42,614 nucleotides of DNA from Nemertoderma westbladi (taxonomy: Eukaryota; Animalia; Xenacoelomorpha): contig JAUCBJ010003097.1 in assembly GCA_032718475.1 (NCBI GenBank), positions 1 through 42,614 of the forward strand, read 5' to 3'. The translations under genes and the position numbers were made by a program. The notes beneath the pieces are model-generated. The model worked only from the letters and a program-made list of their open reading frames with translations, was not told the origin of the DNA and did no database searches. Below, piece after piece: positions 36,074-42,614 of this stretch (its first letter is position 1; each line of letters begins with the position of its first letter).

Positions 36074-38263
36074 TCTAATATATATAAATATCGATTGTCT
36101 GTCAGTCAGTCAGTCTGTCTGTGTGTTTGTCATCGGCTATACAATCGAACCCATCTCGATGAAATCTCGCTTGCTATAGCTCGTTAGAAAGGTCTCGCCC
36201 TAACTCGTTGCAACGTAATACTCAGAGTCGTCTGAAGTTCGCCCGTCTGCCGCTAGAGGGCGATTTTCGTGATTTTCGGGCGAAATTTATCGAATTATTT
36301 CGGTTCTTCTATCGGTAATTAATGATTTAGAGGGCTAACATTTATCCCACCTGGTATAAAATTAACATGGGTAGATTCGCCGTGTCCCATTCTCACAAAG
36401 TATTTATTTTATTCGAGTGTTTAATATAAATATGTATGATTATTTATTGATTAAAAAACAAATAGTGTATAAATATGTCATATTCGCCAAGCACGATCGA
36501 ATTGGCCTATTGTTATTGAATAGGGAAGGATTGTTTTCTGTAGCAACCTTAAGGTAATTATTGAACTCGCAGCTAGCTGGCTGGGCACAGATAAGGAGCA
36601 AGCAGGCTGGAGTGTTGATTGGGGTGGGTTTGGGTTGTAGTAATTCTGCTTTCTCAATCATTGGCTGCATGGAAGGAGAGGTTTATAACATTTTTGTTTT
36701 ACTGTTATGAATATTAAAAGTAAAAATAATTATTTCTATAGGCCTATACTTACTGTATTATTATGTTATCTAATATTATACATCTAATCTCGATGAAATC
36801 TCGCTTACTATAGCTCGTTAGATAGGTCTCGCCCTAACTCGTTGCAACGTAATACTCAGAGCCGTCTGAAGTTCCCCCGTCTGCCGCTAGAGGGCGAATT
36901 ATCCGATAGTGAAAACCTGATCTTATTGGGTTGTTTTTAATGCTTTTGAGCTGAAACTTGGTAGCTATATACTGCAGCATAGGCTGTATATTTCCGGAGT
37001 CACTGGGTGGTCTACAGTTCCCCAGTCTACCGTTAGAGTGCTAAATGTCTGAGAGATAACATCTTCTCCAACTTTATTATTTACAATCCGTTTTGACTGA
37101 AACTTGGTAGGCATCTACTACAGCATAGGCTGAATCTTTACTGAGTCGCAAAGTCGTCTACAATTTCCCAGTCTACCGCTAGAGGGCGAAATGTCTGCAA
37201 GTTAACATCTTCTCTAACTTTGTTATTTATAATCCATTTAGACTGAACTTGGTAGGCATCTACTACAGCATAGGCTATATCTTTACTGAGTCGCGCAGAG
37301 TTGTCTACAGTACCCGCGTCTGCCGCTAGAGGGCGAAATGTATGAAAGTTAACATCTTCTCCAACTTTGTTATTTACAATCCTTTTAGACTGAAACTTGG
37401 TAGGCATCTACTATAGCATAGGCTATATCTTTGCGGAGTAGTAGAGTCGTCTACAGTTCCACAGTCAGACGCAAGAGGGCGAATTGTCTGATAGTGAAAA
37501 CCTCATCCCATTTGGTTCTTTTTAATCCTTTTGAGCTGAAACTTGGCAGGTATCTACTACATCCTAGGCTCTATCTTTACGGAGTTGCAGAGTCCTATAC
37601 ACTTCCCCAGTCTACCGCTAGAGGGTGAAATGTCTGAAAATTAACATCTTCTCCAACTTTGTTATTTACAAACGGTTTAGACTGAAACTTGGTAGGCATC
37701 TACTACAGCATAGGCTCTACCTTTACGGAGTCGCAGAGTTGTATACAGTTCCCCTATCTGCCGCTAGAGGGCGAATTGTCTGATAGTGAACACCTCATCC
37801 CAATTGGTTCTCTTTAATCCCTTTGAGCTGAAACTTGGCAGGAATCTACTGCAGCATATTCTGTATCTTTACGGAGTCCCAGAGTCGTCTACAGTTCTTC
37901 AGTCTACCGCTAGAAGTCTGAATGTGAACATCTACACCAATTTTGTTATTTACAATCTGTTTAAGCTGAAACTTGAAAGGCAGGCATTTTACTTCATAAA
38001 CCCCACCTTTACCAAACTGCAGCGCCGTCTGCATTTCACCAGTCCGCAGGTAGAGGGTGGATCTGAAAGTGATCATTTTCTGGAAATTTTGTTATTTACA
38101 ATCTGACTAAAGTTGAAACTTGAAAGTTATCTCTTATGGGGGTGGTGTTTTATTTAATGATGGTGTCTGTTCCGTATGCAGTTCTCCAATCTTCCACACA
38201 TATTCATATATCATCTGCACGTGCACTAGAAAGCTGTGGCCCGAAGGGCCACAGGCTTTCTAG
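36074..38263 (+). mobile_element. Non-autonomous Helitron, 2190 bp
   Basis: Absent from copy A, where the empty site reads CTTCATAATA|TGGTTGATGA. Inserted between A and T with no TSD. 5' end TC, 3' end CTAG, subterminal hairpin CTGTGGCCC-GAA-GGGCCACAG, and a (GTCW)n microsatellite near the 5' end. Confidence 0.95.
36870..38130 (+). repeat. 146-bp tandem array (8-9 units, two subtypes) inside the Helitron, each unit with a CCGCTAGAGGGCG-type motif
   Basis: The motif or its variant starts at 36884, 37030, 37176, 37323, 37469, 37615, 37761 and 37907; an extra copy lies at 36250. Confidence 0.95.
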
Positions 38264-41080
38264 TGGTTGATGAATTATTATATTTGGAATAACGATAAAT
38301 AACCCCGAAACCCAATATTCTTGATATACCGAAGGTAAGAGAGAAAGGTTACCAATAACGATTGTGACTTATGTTAAAGTGGTTTGAAGTGAATCTAATG
38401 TTATTTGATAGACCCTACATGATTCAGTCTGTGTTCCTTTTATATGTGACTAAAATCAGTGAAGATTGGCAGATTAGTGTGCAGTATTGTGCAGCATTGT
38501 GTATGAGTGAGTCTGTTAAAGAAGCAATTCCTAAAGAATGCGCCATATATGTGAATTATAATTAAGCCATATCGTTGTGAGTAGTTTAAGTCATAACTCT
38601 GTTTATATAGATAAAGCGCCACGTCCTAAAGGAACTGTTAATATTACCGAAGGTGAATAATATTGTCAGAGATTATATAATACTGTCAGTCGAATAATAC
38701 ATTAGGCTTACATAGCAACAAAATTAAACCGTCGAACCCAATCTCCCGGGAATCTCCAGCGGGTGAATGGTCGCGCACGGATTGGTTTCGACTAGTGTAG
38801 TGAATCAAATACTTGTCATAGACTAAAAACAGATTTAATATCTAGAAGACATCTTAATTTGGTGGGTTAAACTGCCAAAGGTCTGAAAGCGCGAACATTA
38901 AAGGATATAGCTTCTTTGTTGCAGTAAGCAATAAAGTTGAAAGTACCGGTCAACCGGTAAACCTGAACGGTACACCTGTAGGTCAGTAGGCCCAACAGCT
39001 AGAAGCGGTACTGCCGTATAAGTACATTAGTATTATTCGATTTGATTGATTGTATACCGGTAGGCTGTTTAGGGGATTAGGGATTGATCACCCCTTATAC
39101 CTTTATATGGTTTACTTATCTCTGTCAAGTTTTATTTATTTGTAGGCCAGTATTGAACAGAAGGCGTGTAAACCTGATCAGATTGTACAGACAATTTGTA
39201 GGCTGAGCTGTTGTCTGATTGCTGTTAAGTCTGAACGGATTACAGTGTATGTAGAGCACTTGTCCGATTAAGTACGATTAGGCAGTAGGGGCAGCGAACG
39301 CTGTAAGGTAATCCCCCAACTAAAGAATAAGTCGCACTACTGGGTTAGAGCGCATACTCCCTAATCATTTCGGAGTCTGCATGTCCTGTGGTTTATTTAG
39401 GCTTGAGAGTAGTCTGCCATCGTTTAGTCTGTACTTTGTTTGTGTAAGTCTGTACGGGTAGCGTATAATTATATTTAGATAATTTGTAGGCTGGATAGTT
39501 GTCTGGCTGTTATTAGGTCTGAACGGATTGCCGCGTGTGTAGATCATCTGTCCGATTAAGTACGATTAGGCAGTAGGGGCAGCGAACGCTGTAAGGTAAT
39601 CCCCCAACTAAAGAATAAGTCGCACTACTGGGTTAGAGCGCATACTCCCTAATCATTTCGGAGTCTGCATATACCGTAGTTTGTTTAGGCTTGATAGTAG
39701 TCTGTCAGTGTTCGGTCTGTATTTTGTTTGAGTAGTTTGTACGCGTAGCGTAATATTTATTATTCGGAGTTTATGCGATTATCCGCAACATTCATTCCCC
39801 AAGTTTGTTCCTACAGTAATTGTGTTTGTTATACATATCGCTATAGTTAAATTAACCCCGGTACTACACGGGCTGCTCGGCGTAGGTAAAGACTGGTGAT
39901 TTTGTGCATCGGTCACTCCAGCAGATGCCGTGGTTCTTTTAGCTGTTCAAGTATATTTAACTACTAATTATCTGTTGTACAAGTACTCGTACCTAATTTA
40001 GGGTTTAGTGTACAGTGCTTTCCGAAGTAATTATTGTAGACATTATATTTGTGTTGTAAAGTGGTTGATAGGCACATTCGATTAGCTCTATTAACTTCTA
40101 GGTAGGAACACTCCGTGATACATAACGTAGAACCTATAGCGATACGGCTATAGGTCGTCAGGCGGTGGTATTTTCCTATCTAGACAACACAGTGTATTTA
40201 CTACTACTTATTATTTCAAATACCGTAGTACCCTGTCCGTTGTAATAACCGGTTTTCTAACCCTTTGTTAGGCTGGTTTGTAGACTTCTTGTAAAATTAC
40301 CCTAAAAATTCGTATTTTGTGTTTTTGTAAATTTTTGTGTTTATTTAGAGATTGTAATCTCAACCCGAATTGTACGTAATCTGTAGTATTAAGTAACTTA
40401 GGTAAATTAGAATTATTTGTTTTAGTGTCCTATACGTAACACTTCACTGAAAGCGCACCGCTTTGTGTAGTGATTGCTCCCCAGAAATAATAACATTATT
40501 TCAAACATTGACAAAACCCATTAAAACGGGTATATATATATTATAAATCAAATCTAACGATTTATAAATAGTAGGCCTATCATATAACAATTAGGTCTCC
40601 ATATCAGTTGGATTACTGCTCAAATAACGGTAATAAAGTAAGTAAAGTAACAAAGTAACCCTAAAGTAACAAAAATTCAATTATTTGAAATAATTGATAT
40701 ACCGGTATTTACGATAGGCCTATTATCTTTATTTCTATAAATCTAGGCTGAAATTATACCGGTACTTGTAATTAATTCTATTTCAGAATTATATATCCTA
40801 CAAACTGTAAGCTGTATACCGGTATTCCGATAGGCCTATTATATATTTATATATATTTGTGCTAAAATTATACCGGTATTCTGTGATAAACCTAGTCTGT
40901 AATAATACTTATATAGTTATATATACTATAAGTATACCGGTATTCTAATATATTATATATATATCACGCTACACTGAGTAGCAGTACCGGTAATTAATTA
41001 CTAGACTAGCAGTTAATACTGAGTTACTAGACTTACTCAGACTGTAATACAGCAGTAGACATTCAACGGTATATATAGTC

Positions 41081-42614
41081 ATGTCTGATACGAAGCAGAA
41101 CCTGTCAGACAGTATATTAGATGTAACTATCTGCGACTCAGATAGAGACGTACAACAGTCTGGTCGCAAATCCAGTTCACCTCCCACTGTGAGGAAGGTC
41201 ATCCCTCCAGTAGTAATAACAGAACCTAGGCTGGTCCAACATCGTAGGTCTATCATAGGCACTCGAGCTCAGGTCAAGCGGGACCAAAGGGCAGCGGAAC
41301 AGCAACAACCCGCTAGTCAAGAATTTATTCCTCAGCGGCCCAGCAGCTCCAGTAGTGAGGATACTGTAGAGCTGACACCCGAGCGCGGAGCAGAGATGAC
41401 GGATGCGGTTTATACGGATCCCCTTCTCATCCTTCCTGCAGCCGTGCTCGCTGGGTTATTGATCGCGGTGGAAGAACATCAGATCGATTGGGCGAGAAGT
41501 CAACGGTCAACTAGAGATAGCTACGCGGGATACACGAGTGAAGAACTGAAGTCTATTGTCGAGTCGCAATGGAACTTCCCCGGACCCGGACTCCCGTTTG
41601 ATTTATCAGAAGCTGCCTGGGAAGACATACACCGGATGGGAGTAGCCAAGGAAACCATCGATCCAGCTGTGTGGAAGAGGTCCGCAGCCGGATACGCACA
41701 GGGATTCTTCAGCTCTATGGAGCGAATAGAAAAGCAACTTTTTCAACAACCTCAAGGACCTCAAGAGCAGGGATCGCTGCTTTATCAAGTAAGAGAAAGA
41801 GTTCTGCGGATTAGGCTAATCTTATCCGCCTTTGAGGAGGCTTCTAAGAGAAAACAAGACACGTCGTTGCAAGTTGCCGTAAAGACTTGGTTTCAACGGG
41901 TGAGTCGCCAGGTTCAAGGAGCTGCTCAGTGGAAAGCTCAGTTGGAGGAGCGCTCAACCCATGGAGAATCGACGGATGCTACTTTTTCCCAAGTGGAGAG
42001 TGAAGCGACAGCAGAGAAACCGCATAAGAAGGATGCCATTGATATCTATCTGTCAGACTATCAGCGTTTTGTGGGAGATGAAGAGTTGAGGAGAAGGCTA
42101 GAGGGACTTAGCCCTAATAGCGAAGGAGCCAAACTTGTGTTAGATGCGATTGATGTGGATAGGTTAGCGGCGAACCAAGCTAAATTCGATGAACAACTCC
42201 GCATCGCTAGAGAACAAGAAGAACAAGTAAAGAAAAAACGTATAGAAGATAGAAAGACAACGGCAGTGGCAGCAGCAGTGGCAGCGGCAGAAGCCGAAAG
42301 AAAAGCGACACTGGCAATGGCAGAGGCAGCGGCAGAAACCGAAAGAAAAGCGGCACTGGCAATAGCAGAGGCAGCGGCAGAAACTGAAAGAAAAGCGGCA
42401 CTGGCAATAGCAGAGGCAGTGGTAGAAGCCGAACGGAGAGCATCTGAAGAGGCAACCCAACTAGAGTTGGAAATTCTTCAAGAGAAGCAAGATAACTTCA
42501 ATAAACAGTTAACAGCGAGCAATATGCAGATGATGAGTCGATCTACTCCCAAGAGACAGGGGTATACATCATCTGAGGAAGGCGATACCACCGACACTGA
42601 AGGCGGAAGAAATC
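41081..42614 (+). CDS. Open ORF of >511 aa, probable Gag-like first ORF of the retroelement (no stop in the window, so missing from the ORF track)
   Basis: Manual translation MSDTKQNLSDSILDV...EGDTTDTEGGRN has no stop over 1534 nt. It contains an E/K/R/A-rich coiled-coil segment and lies downstream of the LTR-like leader. No diagnostic capsid or zinc-knuckle motif is visible yet. Confidence 0.75.
   Translation, partial: MSDTKQNLSDSILDVTICDSDRDVQQSGRKSSSPPTVRKVIPPVVITEPRLVQHRRSIIGTRAQVKRDQRAAEQQQPASQEFIPQRPSSSSSEDTVELTPERGAEMTDAVYTDPLLILPAAVLAGLLIAVEEHQIDWARSQRSTRDSYAGYTSEELKSIVESQWNFPGPGLPFDLSEAAWEDIHRMGVAKETIDPAVWKRSAAGYAQGFFSSMERIEKQLFQQPQGPQEQGSLLYQVRERVLRIRLILSAFEEASKRKQDTSLQVAVKTWFQRVSRQVQGAAQWKAQLEERSTHGESTDATFSQVESEATAEKPHKKDAIDIYLSDYQRFVGDEELRRRLEGLSPNSEGAKLVLDAIDVDRLAANQAKFDEQLRIAREQEEQVKKKRIEDRKTTAVAAAVAAAEAERKATLAMAEAAAETERKAALAIAEAAAETERKAALAIAEAVVEAERRASEEATQLELEILQEKQDNFNKQLTASNMQMMSRSTPKRQGYTSSEEGDTTDTEGGRN
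42281..42441 (+). repeat. 45-bp coding repeat (AAAE[AT]ERKA[AT]LA[IM]AE x~3.5)
   Basis: GAAAGAAAAGCG occurs at 42296, 42341 and 42386. Confidence 0.9.

Larger units (their letters stand above)
35475..42614 (+). mobile_element. Probable LTR retrotransposon copy B (LTR interrupted by a Helitron, long leader, gag-like ORF); runs off the right edge
   Basis: Starts TGTAAAAGCC and is homologous to copy A over about 3 kb. Candidate LTR end at 38712 (AGGCTTACA). A TATA-like TATAAAG lies at 35931. A long uninterrupted ORF follows. Confidence 0.75.

Noticed and set aside
42164-42460. Cys-rich and Leu/Pro-rich minus-strand ORFs
   Set aside because: They are antisense readings of the 45-bp Ala/Glu repeat in the plus-strand ORF.

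Overview
Eukaryotic window, very probably from a bilaterian invertebrate; no prokaryotic features are present. The only host gene is the 5' part of a minus-strand P2X-family ligand-gated channel: 4 coding exons (33828-33624, 15252-15052, 14492-14296, 13551-13393), about 254 aa, with clean GT-AG junctions; the later exons were not found in the window. The protein keeps the P2X fold signatures, but the canonical ATP-binding residues encoded in these exons are substituted (KxK->SxV, NFT->DFA). This is the most notable observation. Intron 1 (18.4 kb) is almost filled by about 840 copies of a 20-bp satellite, which produces all the giant spurious ORFs in the track. The rest is nested transposons. 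Two oppositely oriented copies of one TG-initiated, probably LTR, retroelement bracket the locus (<1-3053 minus; 35475->42614 plus, with a gag-like ORF from 41081 that the ORF track missed). There are also two decayed CRE-like RLE non-LTR retrotransposons, a Mutator-type MITE with a 9-bp TSD, an RTE-like relic, and a non-autonomous Helitron inserted in the right-hand element that carries a 146-bp tandem array of CTCF-like motifs. All calls come from reading the sequence by eye and from recalled family motifs; no database search was run. I found no firm evidence of a new multi-gene system.
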